A stretch of 64,000 nt of DNA, from positions 4,218,001-4,282,000 of the forward strand of contig CM075998.1 of assembly GCA_038087875.1 (NCBI GenBank), read 5' to 3'. Positions within the stretch are counted from its first letter, which is position 1, and each line of letters opens with the position of its first letter. The DNA is from Malacoraja senta (lineage: Eukaryota). The position numbers were made by a program, and so were the translations under genes. The notes beneath the pieces are model-generated. The model was not told where the DNA came from, did not search any database, and saw only the letters and a program-made list of their open reading frames with translations. Positions 49,428-60,787 of the stretch are shown here, piece after piece.

Positions 49428-49928
49428 GCATAGTTTTAAGGTGGGGGAGGGGGAAAGATTTAATAGGAATCTGAGGGGTAACATTTTCACACAAAGGGTG
49501 GTGGGTGTAAGGAACGAGCTGCCGGAGGAGGTAGTGAGGCTGGGACTATTGCAACGTTTAAGAAACATTTAGACAGGTACATGGATAGGACAGATTTAAA
49601 GGGATATAAATGAATGAATGAATGAATGAATGAATGAATAGGTTTATTGGCCAAGTATTCACATACAAGGAATTTGCCTTGGTGCTCCACCTGCAGGTGA
49701 CAACATGACATACAGTGACAGTTAGGAATGACACATAAAAGGCATATGGGCCAAACGCAGGCAGGTGGGACTAGTACAGATGGGACATGTTGGCCGGTGC
49801 GGGCAAGTTGGGCTGAAGGGCCTGTTTCCACTCTGTATCACTCTGTGACTTGTGTAGATGGGACATGTTGGCCGGTGCGGGCAAGTTGGGCTGAAGGGCC
49901 TGTTTCCACGCTGTATCACTCTATGACT
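49428..49928 (+). mobile_element. CR1 3' end interrupted by an (ATTC)n-tailed insert, with a duplicated ~70 bp tail unit
   Basis: 'ttttcacacaaagggtggtgggtgta..aacgagctgccggaggag' (FTQRVV..NELPEE). The tail unit 'agatgggacatgttggccggtgcgggcaagttgggctgaagggcctgtttcca' occurs twice. Confidence 0.75.
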
Positions 49929-51652
49929 CTTACCCCTTCTGCAGTGGATGGAGGTGAGACAACATCTAGAGCAATGTACACATTTTTGGTAACCAGAGTG
50001 GAGGAAGCAAAAACAGAGGGGTCAAAATGGCACTGTTAATATATCAGTGACCAAAAATTCAGCATCACCCCTTGCAAGCTGGGTCGATATCTTCAGCAAA
50101 GCAGTCACCCAAACTAGTTTCTCCGGTGACAAAGTGAGTAGTGAAAAACAGTTTGCCAAATTGGAAGGTGTACAACTAACCTGGATCACTGCATCATGTG
50201 GAAAGAATCTTTCCTGGCCAATGTGAAGGAAGAAGTCAAATGGAAGGTTGTTCCATCTTCCAGTAGACATCGACAAGTAAACAGAGACATCCAATAACCC
50301 TGAGTGCTGCCCACCATTTCCTCCCAGCTTTTCCCCAAGAACAGGGATTTTCCAAGAATCCATGCGCCCCCCCCCCCCCCCCCCATTCCCCTCCCCCCCC
50401 CCACCCATTGGAAAATAGCTTTTACCATAGATGCACACAAAAAGCTGGAGTAACTCAGCAGGGCTGGCAGCATCTCTGGAGCGAAGGAATGGGTGACGTT
50501 TCAGGTCGAGACCCTTCTTCAGACCAATCACACTCCAAACACAAGGTGCTCATTTCATTGAAGGCTTAAAACCAGCCGTTTTTTCTCTTGGTCGTGATCA
50601 AGATCCATCACGCCGTTACCTGCAGAATCGGGGATGAATTGGGACCGGTCCAATTGTATTTGGATTGTTATCGTAGCTTCTATTTACTTCACTAGGTGGC
50701 AGTCTTTGCATCCGCCAATAATGCTGCATATTACAAAATATGAATCCTCCAGTTATGTTCAGGTTTTGTGCTTTATCAGCTGATGTTTACGTCTTCCGGT
50801 TCTCCTTATCGATTTTGCACAAATGAATTCTGCACATGGAAGTCTAATGATGTTGAAAAATTAATTTGTATCCCCCTCCTCTGCCCTTATTTATTGATAT
50901 GAATCAACTGAGATCCGTAACCTTCGTCTTCACAGCTGATGAATTGGAATAGTTAAAAGTTCTTACGTTGTATTTTTTGAATGGTTATTGCACCTGGTTA
51001 CTATGCAGGTGAGGGGTGCAAACTGTACTTGCGATGGGGCCCTTAATGGAGCTATTTCTGGTGTAATTTAACCAATTTATCAACATGGGAGCAACAGTTT
51101 CCTGACTGGTTCCACAACACATTCATTTTGTCCATTTAACTAAATCTATTAGCATGGCCGACGCAGCCAACACTACGTAACACCTTCCCAAGGATCTGTC
51201 CCTCTTAAAGTTGCTTAGTAAAGATGTGTTCACCAATCTGAATGATACTGAATGGTTCTTTATTATTATGATGTGTGACATGTCACAGTGAAATTCTTTG
51301 TGTTGCGTACCACACACAGGGTATGCAAAGAGGGGCCAAGGAAAGGGCACTGACTAAATTACAAAGTGTTCAATGTGGTCCCAATGGTCCTTTTTCTTCT
51401 TGGCAGCCCCTCACGCCAGGTTCCACGTTTTTTTTAAATTTAATTAAATTTTTTTAACAGGGACAGTGCATATTGAACATTTACAGTAGCTAATTTCCAT
51501 CTTTAGTCCCTTTGGCCGCAAAAAGAAACAATTTTACAAGACACACAACCAACTCAATTCACACAGACATCCATCATAGTGAATCTCCTCCTCACTGTGA
51601 TGGAAGGCAAAGTCTTGTCTCTCCCCTGCTCTCCGTCCTCTCCCGATGTTAA

Positions 51653-51965
51653 AGCCCCCGGCGGGCGATGGCGAGTACCGCGGCCGTTATAGCCGTGCAG
51701 GCGATGTAAGGCCCTGCTCTGGGTCTTAATGTTGGAGCCCCCAGTGGGCGATGGTAAGTCCCGTGGCCGTTAAGGCCGAGCCGGCGATATAAGGCCCTGC
51801 TCCGGGTCTCAACGTTGGAGCCTCCAGCGGGCGATGGTAAGTCCCGCGGCCGTTATAGCCGCGCAGGCGATGTAAGGCCCTGCCCCGGGTCTTAACGCTG
51901 GAGCCCCGGCGGGCGACGGCAAGTCCCGTGGCCGTTTAAGCCGCGCCGGGCGATGTAAGGCCCCG
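51653..51965. repeat. GC-rich 83-bp VNTR (~3.8 copies) inside a larger GC-rich interspersed element (~51260-52400)
   Basis: Units start at 51653, 51736, 51819 and 51902. Confidence 0.85.
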
Positions 51966-52592
51966 GGGGTCATTTTCAACCCCGCAATTCGGGCGGGAGA
52001 AGTTGCCGCCGCGGGAGCTCCGAAAAGCGGTCTCCCACCAGGGACCCGCGAGCTCCCGATGTCACCGTCTACAGGCCTGCGGCTGGAGCCTCCGAAACCC
52101 CGAAGCCTGGTCGCAGTCGTGCGCCACCACAGCTCTCCACGCTCCGAGGCCGGCCAGCCCCAAGATGGTGAGTCCGCAGGCTCCGCGACTGGAGCCCCCA
52201 GGTCGTTCCGGTTGGAGGCCGCTCCACGGTGCTAGGCCCCGACGACAACGGAGACCGTTGAAAGGGAAAAGGTCGGGTCCCCCGTACAGGGAAGAGATTT
52301 AAACGTTTCCCCACCCCCTCCCCACATATACTCAGCTAAAAACAATATAAAAACCACAGCAAACGGACCACAAAAAAAACGGCACCCCCCCCCCCCTCCC
52401 CCCATGGCCGGGTCCCTCTTTGTTTCGAGTGTGGAGCAGTACTCTCAGTGCAATAATTTGTGGAATTATGGTTCGACTTTTCACCATCAATATATCAATA
52501 ATACTCATTGCCTCCACAGCCGTCTGTGGCAATGAGTATTGAGGATTGAGGAGCATGCTCAAGAAGGAAATCAGGAAGCCACAGACTGAGGT

Positions 52593-52903
52593 TGAGACCC
52601 TTCTTCAGACTGGTTAGGGATCAGGGAAACGAGAGATATAGACGGTGATGTAGAGAGATAAAGAACAATGAATGAAAGATTTGCAAAAAAGTAACGATGA
52701 TAAAGGAAACAGGCCGTTGTTAGCTGTTTGTTGGGTGAGAACGAGAAGCTGGTGCGACTTGGGTGGGGGAGGGATAGAGAGAGAGGGAACGCCGGGGCTA
52801 CCTGAAGTGAGAGAAATCAATATTCATACCACTGGGGTGTAAGCTGCCCAAGCGAAATATGAGATGCTGTTCCTCCCTCTGATTTGCATTTAGCCTCACT
52901 CTG
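52593..52903 (-). mobile_element. Penelope fragment (second copy of 53350-53657)
   Basis: High direct similarity to 53350-53657. Confidence 0.8.
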
Positions 52904-53271
52904 AGATTTGAGATAGGCGAGTAATTGCCCGAGGCAAAAGAACAGACTGATGGAGGGACTCAGCTGGTCAGTCAGCATCTGTGGAGGGAAATGGACAGGC
53001 AACATTTGGAGTTGGAACCCTTCTGCAAACTCTTGTGCCTCCAAGTGATTTTCCTAAACAATCATTAGGCCCCTTGAATAGCTTATTGTACATTAGTTTA
53101 GTTAAGCTTCAGGAGTCCTTTGCCAAGTTGCCAGTGACTCGGGTAATTATTTAACTCAAATCAAATAGTCCGACTGTTAGACTGAATAGTTACCGTTTAT
53201 TTTTAAAATGCATATAAATTAAGCCTTTCCTCTCCTAATTACTTGGGTAATTGGAAAATAGCTTTTAATAT

Positions 53272-53884
53272 GGATGCACACAAAAAGCTGGAGTAACTCA
53301 GCAGGGCTGGCAGCATCTCTGGAGAGAAGGAATGGGTGATGTTTCTGGTCGAGACCCTTCTTCAGACTGGTTAGGGATAAGGGAAACGAGAGATATAGAC
53401 GGTGATGTGGAGAGATAAAGAACAATGAATGAAAGATATGCAAAATAGTAACGATGATAAAGGAAACAGGCCATTGTTAGCTGTTTGTTGGGTGAGAACG
53501 AGAAGCTGGTGCGACTTGGGTGGGGGAGGGATGGAGAGAGAGGGAATGCCGGGGTTACCTGAAGTGAGAGAAATCAATATTCATACCACTGGGCTGTAAG
53601 CTGCCCAAGCGAAATATGAGATGCTGTTCCTCCAATTTGCGTTTAGCCTCACTCTGACAATGGAGGAGGCCGAGGACAGAAAGGTCAGTGTGGGAATGGG
53701 AAGGAGAATTAAAGTGTTTGGCGACCGGGAGATCAGGTTGGTTCAGGTGGGCTGAGCGAAGGTGTTCCGTGAAACGATCGCCCAGTCTGCGTTTGTTCTC
53801 GACGATGTACAAGAGTCCACATCTTGAACAACAGATACAGTAGATGAGGTTGGAGGAGGTGCAAGTGAACCTCTGCCTAACCAT
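53272..53884 (-). mobile_element. Penelope-like element 3' part encoding GIY-YIG endonuclease fragment
   Basis: ORF 53555..53884 'FTCTSSNLIYCICCSRCGLLYIVENKRRLGDRFTEH...VAKHFN...LEEQHLIFRLGSLQPSGMN'. Confidence 0.85.
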
Positions 53885-54146
53885 TTACCATTGTGTTCGC
53901 TACCTCCATTTTAATCATGGGCAGGCTGAGAAGGCGGGTATTTGTGCTTTGGCCATGCCAGCTCCAAGGAATGTGCACACTGAAACAATGTCATCATTTT
54001 CTTGTTCCAGGTTATTGGGCGTTTCTGCCGCTCGTCTATGATGATTATTAGTCGTTAGCGGCAAGATTTACACCTATTTTTCTGCCCCGCATCCTTTCGT
54101 CTGCATCTGCGTCTGAAGAAGGGCCTCGACCCGATACGTCGCCCAT

Positions 54147-55024
54147 AGAAAGCGAATGGCATGTTGGCCTTTATAACAAGAGGAATCGAATATAGGAGCA
54201 AGGAGGTCCTTCTGCAGTTGTACAGAGCCCTAGTGAGACCACACCTGGAGTATTGTTTGCAGTTTTGGTCCCCTAATTTGAGGAAGGACATTCTTGCTAT
54301 TGAGGGAGTGCAGCGTAGGTTTCCAAGGTTAATTCCCGGGATGGCGGGACTGTCATATGCTGAGATAATGGAGCGGCTGGGCTTGTACACTCTGGAGTTT
54401 AGAAGGATGAGAGGATATCTGATTGAAACATATGATTGTTAAGGGTTTGGACACGCTAGATGCAGGAAACATGTTCCCGATGTTGAGGGAGTCCAGAACC
54501 AGGGGCCACAGTTTAAGAATTAAGGGCCTGTCCCACGGGCATGCGACTGCATGCGGCAAGCGCGACCTAACCGCAAGCGGGGGGGGCCGTGCGGGGACCG
54601 CGCGGAGGTCGCGGGGCCGGTCCCACTTCGATCGCCGGAGCCGTATGGAGTTGTGCGGAGCTGGTCCCGACATTGCGCGGGGCTCCGAAAAACTGACACT
54701 GCGACAAAAAATTCCATGCGGCAACGGCCTGCCGCCCGCAACCGCCTCGACGCCATACGCACCGCCTCGACGCCGTACGCACCGCCTCGACGCCGTACGC
54801 GCTCGACGCCGGACGCACCGTCTTGACGTTACTCAACCTCCGCGCGGCCCCCGCTTCCGATTTGGTAGCGCTTGCCGCATGGAGTCGCATGCCCGTGGGA
54901 CAGGCCCTTAAGGAGTAAGCCATTTAGAACGGAGACGAGGAAACACCTTTTTCTCACAGAGAGTGGTGAGTTTGTGGAATTCTCTGCCTCAGAGGGCGGT
55001 GGAGGCAGGTTCTCTGGATGCTTC
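54147..55024 (+). mobile_element. 5'-truncated CR1 ORF2 C-terminus interrupted by a MITE
   Basis: 'LYRALVRPHLEYCLQFWSP'; colinear with 62378-62840 once 54523-54908 is removed. Confidence 0.88.
54523..54908. mobile_element. PIF/Harbinger-like MITE (386 bp, 41-bp TIR, TWA target)
   Basis: TIR AGGGCCTGTCCCACGGGCATGCGACT(G/C)CATGCGGCAAGCGC with 1 mismatch; flanks TTA and TAA; internal 20-bp tandem repeats. Confidence 0.85.
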
Positions 55025-55084
55025 TCTGAGTTTTCTCCAGCACTTTTGTCTACATTGCTCCTAATGCCTTGAGTACAGACATTG

Positions 55085-55775
55085 GGAGGTCATGTTGCAG
55101 TTGTATAAGACGTTGGTGAGGCCGCATTTGGAATATTGTGTTCGGTTCTGGGCACCATGTTATAGGAAAGATGTTGTCAAGCTGGAAAGGGTACAGAGAA
55201 GATTTACGAGGATGTTGCCAGGACTAGAGGGTCTGAGCTACAGGGAGAGGTTGAGCAGGCTGGGTCTCTATTCCTTGGAGCACAGGAGCGTGAGGGGTGA
55301 TCTCACAGAGGTGTACAAAATCAAGAGAGGAATAGATCGGGTAGACAGACGCACAGAGCCTAGAGTTGGGGAATCGAGAACCAGAGTGCGTAGGTTGAAG
55401 GTGAAGGGGAAAAGATTGTATAGGAATCTGAGGGGTGGCTTTTTCACACAAAGGGTGGTGGGTGTATGGAACGAGCTGCCGGAGGAGGTAGTTGAGGCAG
55501 GGGCTATAGAAAATAAGGGCTAAGCCATTTAGAACGGAGACGAGGAAACATTTTTTCTCTCAGAGAGTTGTGAGTCTGTGGAATTCTCTGCCTCAGAGGG
55601 CGGTGGAGGCCGGTTCTCTGGATGCTTTCAAGAGAGAGTTAGATAGGGCTCTTAAAGATAGGGGATGTGGGGAGAAGGCAGGAACGGGGTACTGATTGGG
55701 GATGATCAGCCATGATCACATTGAATGGCGGTGCTGGCTCGAAGGGCCAAATGGCCTACTCCTGCACCTATTGTC
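55085..55775 (+). mobile_element. Two abutting CR1 3' fragments of different subfamilies
   Basis: ORF 55092..55523 'LVRPHLEYCVRFWAP', then from ~55508 a 3' end matching 62727-63000. Confidence 0.85.
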
Positions 55776-56500
55776 CATTCCTTCTCTCCAGAGATGCTGC
55801 CTGTCCCCGCTGAGTTACTCCAGCATTTTGTGTCTAGATTCGGTTTCAACCAGCATCTGCAGTTCCTTCCTGCACATCCTTTCTTTGAGAGTGTGTCGGA
55901 GGACGGGAGGAAGAGATTGATTACTTTGGTGTCGCAGCAATCCCAGTTCATGTGTGCTGCACTTGATTCCTTCAAAGCATTGGGTTTGTCCATCTGTGGG
56001 TGTTCACGAGTATGGCTCTGTCAGCGGTTGTACACTGGAAGCTACTGTTTCGATCCAATGCCAGATCCTGTTGCAGTTAATTCCACTGAATCTCAGCCCA
56101 GATTTCTTGCTTCGGCTGCCAAGAGCAGATTCCTCTCTTGCTGAAGTCAAGTCTCGTTCTATTAAAGCTCCAGCGGGCCCAGGTCTCATTTTTTTTTTGC
56201 TTGCATCACTGCGCTGTGGATTCCTGCTAAGCCTTTGCGAGTAGGAGTGCAAGGAGGAGGGAAAACAACATTGTTTTCCTGCGAACTGCTCCACTTGCCC
56301 ACCTCAAGGGCGATCCTCCCTGCCTGCCTCCACCTTGCTGACAGACTCAGACGCTGGCTCAGCAGCAGCATTCCTGCCTCTGAGTCAAAACGGCTCGGGA
56401 TGCGATCCCTGCATCGTTCAGTTCCTGTAAGCGGATACCAGAGTCTTGCTCTGAACTCGGGTTGAAACCCCGTGAGATATCTGTGCGCTGAAGACAGGCG

Positions 56501-56577
56501 CAAAAAGCCGGAGTAACTCAGCGGGACAGGCAGCATCTCAGATGCTGCCTGTCCCGCTGAGTTACTCCGGCTTTTTG
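56501..56577. repeat. Perfect palindrome, 38-bp arms, 1-nt spacer (Penelope-derived)
   Basis: 56501-56538 is the exact reverse complement of 56540-56577. Confidence 0.95.
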
Positions 56578-56680
56578 TGTCTAAACCAGGATCTGCAGTT
56601 CCTTCCTAGATATCACATATTCAATGTATTTGAAAACGTTGAAACACAATCACATGGAGCTCAATTCAAGACATCACAGC

Positions 56681-56998
56681 TTTAGTTTAGCTTAGTTTAG
56701 AGATTCAGCGCCTAAACAGGCCCTTCGGCCCACCGAGTCCGCGCCGACCAGCGATCCCCGCACATTAACACTACCCTATACTCGCTGGGGACAATTTATA
56801 CATTGACCAAGCCAATTAACCTACAAACTCTGTACGTCTTTGGAGTGTGGGAGGAGACCGAAGATCTCGGAGAAAACCCACGCAGGTCACGGGGAGAAGG
56901 TACAAACTCCGTACAGACGGCACCCGTAGTCGGGATGGATCCCGGGTCTCCGGGGCTGCGTTCGCGGGAAGGCAGCAACTCTACCGCTGCGCCACCGT
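56681..56998 (-). mobile_element. tRNA-derived SINE (HE1/V-SINE-like)
   Basis: Reverse complement with A box (ccgctgcgccacc) and (GTTTA)n tail. Confidence 0.85.
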
Positions 56999-57414
56999 GG
57001 GCGTAAGCCTACATTTCTTGTATTGTGCTACATTTAATGCCCTCGTTTTAAAAAGAAGTTGGAACAACACGAGCTATGTGTCCCAAATGCCGGACAGTAA
57101 CTCTGTGTTTAAATGAGTAGCATGAAGATTCGGTTCCACAGGCCCCAGCTGCCAATCCCACTTCCCTTCTTTATCCTGCCTGACCCGCTAAGTTACTCCA
57201 GCACTTTTTGTCGATCTTACGCCCAATCCAACGCTTTTGTCTGAATACAATGACATAGTTAAGAATATCAAAAATGTGTGTGTTCCGATTCTCTGTTCCA
57301 CCCTGATTTCCGCTTCCATTTACCAGTGTGTGGCTCAAGAAAACGATGAAAGTGTGGAGATCATGATGGAAGACATTATCAACCACAACATTTTCTGATG
57401 CGTTTCATCTGACA

Positions 57415-57862
57415 GTAGACAATAGGTGCAGGAGTGGGCATTCGAGCCAGCACCGCCATTCAATGTGATCATGGCTGATCATCCCCAATCAGTACCCTGT
57501 TCCTGCCTTCTCCCCATATTCCCTGACTCTACTATCTTTAAGGGCCTGTCCCACTTTCACGACCTAATTCACGACCTTTTTTACTCGTGGACATTTTTCA
57601 TCATGTTGAAAAAACACCCCGACCTACTTGATGCCACGAGTACCTACGACTAGCATCACGGCCTGCTACGACCTACCTACGACCTCGTGACGACCATGCT
57701 GCGAGTATGAGTCAAGGGCAAACTCGGCAGAGGTCGTGAATTAGGTGGTGAAAGTTGAACAGGCCCTTTAAGGGCCCTATCTAGCTCTCTCTTGAAAGTA
57801 TCCAGAGAACCTGCCTCCACCGCCCCGTGAGGCGGAGAATTCCACAGACTCACCACTCTCTG
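57415..57862 (-). mobile_element. CR1 3' end interrupted by a MITE
   Basis: Reverse complement of the CR1 3' end at 62780-63010. Confidence 0.8.
57541..57767. mobile_element. PIF/Harbinger-like MITE (227 bp, 37-bp TIR, TTA TSD)
   Basis: TIR AGGGCCTGTCCCACTTTCACGACCTAATTCACGACCT with 3 mismatches; TTA at 57538-57540 and 57768-57770. Confidence 0.85.
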
Positions 57863-58337
57863 CAACATAATTTTTTACGAAAATGAAAAAGAATTATTTA
57901 ACTTCCAGCTGCAAATAGGAGGAGGAACAGTGCCAAATATATTTAGTTAAAAGGACCGATAACAGCCGAGTCAAAAATAATATGACATTTTTGAGAAACT
58001 TGGACACGCAATAGAAAAGGCATGCGTGCTGTGAGTGTGTTACAGTTTTACAGAAACAGTTTGGTGTACTGTTTTAAGTTCAACTCATCTTAAATCACCA
58101 ACTGCGTAGTCATTGGCAACTTTGTTATTCAATATCTTTCACAGTGCTGAGTGTATATTCTGGTGTTGGATATCCGTCTCTGTTTTTGCTGGTGTTCATC
58201 TCTCTCTCTCTCTCTCTCTCTATCCGCTATTCCTCCTGCCTTTGTCTGTACGTCTGCCTTTGGGTCCAGAGCACCTTCCTGTTCTCGGATAGCTGACTCA
58301 CTTCCTTGTGCAACCCATTCTGCTGGATATCTCTTGA

Positions 58338-58634
58338 TTTAGTTTTGTTTAGTTTAGAGATACAGCGCGGAAACATGCCCTTCGGCCCACCGAGTCCGCG
58401 CCGACCAGCGATCCCCGCACACACTAACACTATCCTACACACACTGGGGACAATTTACATTTATACCAAGCCAATTATCCTACAAACCCGCACGTATTTG
58501 GAGCGTGGGAGGAAACAGCAGTTCACGGGGAGAACTTACAAACTCCGTACGGACAGCACCCCTAGTCAGGATCGAACCTGTGTCTCTGGCGTTGTAAGCG
58601 CTGTAAGGTCGCAACTCTACTGCTGCGCCAACGT
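58338..58634 (-). mobile_element. tRNA-derived SINE (HE1/V-SINE-like)
   Basis: Reverse-complement copy with an internal deletion. Confidence 0.8.
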
Positions 58635-58729
58635 GCCACACATTGTGTTGCCCAGTGCTTATTCGGTGTTCGATATCTCTCTCTGTGCCCCTGGTGTCAG
58701 GTACTTCACTATGATGAACATTCAAATAT

Positions 58730-58880
58730 TTAAGAAAGAACTGCAGATGCTGGAAAAATCGAAGGTAGACAAACATGCTGGAGAAACTCAGCGGGTGAGG
58801 CAGCATCTATGGAGCGAATTCCTTTGTTCCATAGATGCTGCCTCACCCGCTGAGTTTCTCCAGCATTTTTGTCTACCTCG
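58730..58880. mobile_element. Fold-back Penelope-derived element (~50-bp inverted arms)
   Basis: aggtagacaaacatgctggagaaactcagcgggtgaggcagcatctatgga ... tccatagatgctgcctcacccgctgagtttctccagcatttttgtctacct. Confidence 0.75.
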
Positions 58881-59081
58881 GACTATCCTTGATCAGACTT
58901 TGCTGGCTTTACCTTGAACTAAATGTTATTCCCTTATCATGTAACTGTACACTGTAAATGGCTCGATTGTAATCATGTATTGTCTTTCCGCTGGCTGGTT
59001 GGCACGCAAAACGAAACGCTTTTCCCTGTACCTCGGTACACGAGACAATAAGCGAAACTGAACTGAACTGAATTGAAGTTG

Positions 59082-59209
59082 TGTTAAGAAAGAACTGCAG
59101 ATGCTGGAAAAATCGAAGGGAGACAAGAATGCTGGAGAAAGTCAGCGGGTGAGGCAGCGTCCATGGAGCGAAGGAATAGGTGACGTTTCGGGTCGAGGCC
59201 CTTCTTCAG
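59082..59209 (-). mobile_element. Short Penelope-derived insert with 15-bp TSD
   Basis: TSD ACTGAATTGAAGTTG at 59067-59081 and 59210-59224; ends at the hammerhead-like motif. Confidence 0.7.
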
Positions 59210-60187
59210 ACTGAATTGAAGTTGGGTCACTTTAATGAAACTGACTTGGGTTACCTTGGCTTAAACAGAGGATTGTTAAAGACAGGGATAACATTGTCGG
59301 TGTTAAGGCTATGAATGATTCTCAGCCGCCTGTTGCTCCCTGATTTGACCTGTATTGCAGTTGCTGTGGTTGGTGTTTGACTTCTCTCCCCTCCTCCCCA
59401 AGTCCCCTACACTTTTCCCTTCTCTATTTATTTGTTCTAGTTTCCTATTACCTTTCTGTGGCCCCTGGAACTCCGAGTCGCGGTGTGATGCAATGTCAGG
59501 AATGTGGTCGTTCCTTGACCTACAACCGTGGCTCTGCTCAACATTTTCCGTTTTCGCGAGAAAACTGATATCGTATTAAAGTTTTGGGAAACGGCTGCAT
59601 TTCTTATAACAAAAGGAAAATACCTGCATGTCAATACTTTTCACAAATGACTCCCAAACATTTTGAAATACAGCTGGATCTTAATCGAAGGCTTTGGGTC
59701 GTTCAACTGTACAATAACAGATACTGAGAGCGAGTTACAGGCTAGAACCTTATCCAAGGGTTAGATGGGCCAGGGGTTGGCTTAAACATAGACTAAAAGA
59801 TACTCGGGAGTGAGCTATAGGCTGGAATCTAATTGAGTTCAGGGGGTTTATGTACAGAATAACAGATGCTGGGAGTGAATACAGGCTGAAATCTAATTGT
59901 TGGGCTTGGGTGATGTATGTATAAAATAGATTCCCAGGAGTAGGGTTGCCAATATTCATACATTACAAATTACATTCTTGGGACATGGATATCAGTTCCC
60001 AGGACTCGCATGTTTTGTTTGTGTATACCTGGTAATTAAATGGTTTACAGTCGGTCAATTTGCCAACACAATTGAGCAGGGTGCATACTGTCAGTGTTAA
60101 GTTCCATGTCTACAGAACATAGAAGACAACAGGCACAAAAAAGCTAAAGTAACTCAGCGGGACAGGCAGCATCTCTGGAGGGAAGGA

Positions 60188-60706
60188 ATAGAAACATGGA
60201 AACATAGACAATAGGTGCAGGAGTAGGCCATTCGGCCCTTCGAGCCTGCACCGCCATTCAATATGATCATGGCTGATCATCCAACTCGGTATCCTGTACC
60301 TGCCTTCTCTCCGTACCCCCTGATCCCTTTAGCCACAAGGGCCACATCTAACTCCCTCTTAAATATAGCCAATGAACTGGCCTCAACTACCTTCTGTGGC
60401 AGAGAATTCCACAGATTCACCACTCTCTGTGTGAAAAGAAAAATGTTTTTCTCTTCTCGGTCCTAAAAGACTTCCCCCTTATCCTTAAACTGTGTGACCC
60501 CTTGTTCTGGACTTCCCCAACATCGGGAACAATCTTCCTGCATCTAGCCTGTCCAACCCCTTAAGAATTTTGTAAGTTTCTATAAGATCCCCCCTCAATC
60601 CTCTAAATTCTAGCGAGTACAAGCCGAGTCTATCCAGTCTTTCTTCATATGAAAGTCCTGCCATCCCAGGAATCAGTCTGGTGAACCTTCTCTGTACTCC
60701 CTCTAT
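60188..60706 (-). mobile_element. 5'-truncated CR1, closely related to the full-length copy at 27541
   Basis: Closely matches 27538-28050 including the (ATAGAAAC)-type tail; inserted inside a Penelope-derived repeat. Confidence 0.9.
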
Positions 60707-60787
60707 GGGTGACGTTTCAGGTCGAGGCCCTCCATCAGACTGCTCTGTAGTAGAAGACAACAGCACAGGAACGGGCCCTTCGGCCCA

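Noticed and set aside
50022..50370. 169-aa minus-strand ORF
   Set aside because: It starts in a repeat and crosses a poly-C tract; the remainder is unrecognised.
54520..54911. piggyBac element (TTAA flanks)
   Set aside because: The ends are not CCC...GGG, and the sister MITE fits a 3-bp TTA TSD exactly.
55870..56470. Possible exon or processed pseudogene
   Set aside because: No continuous frame or recognisable protein.
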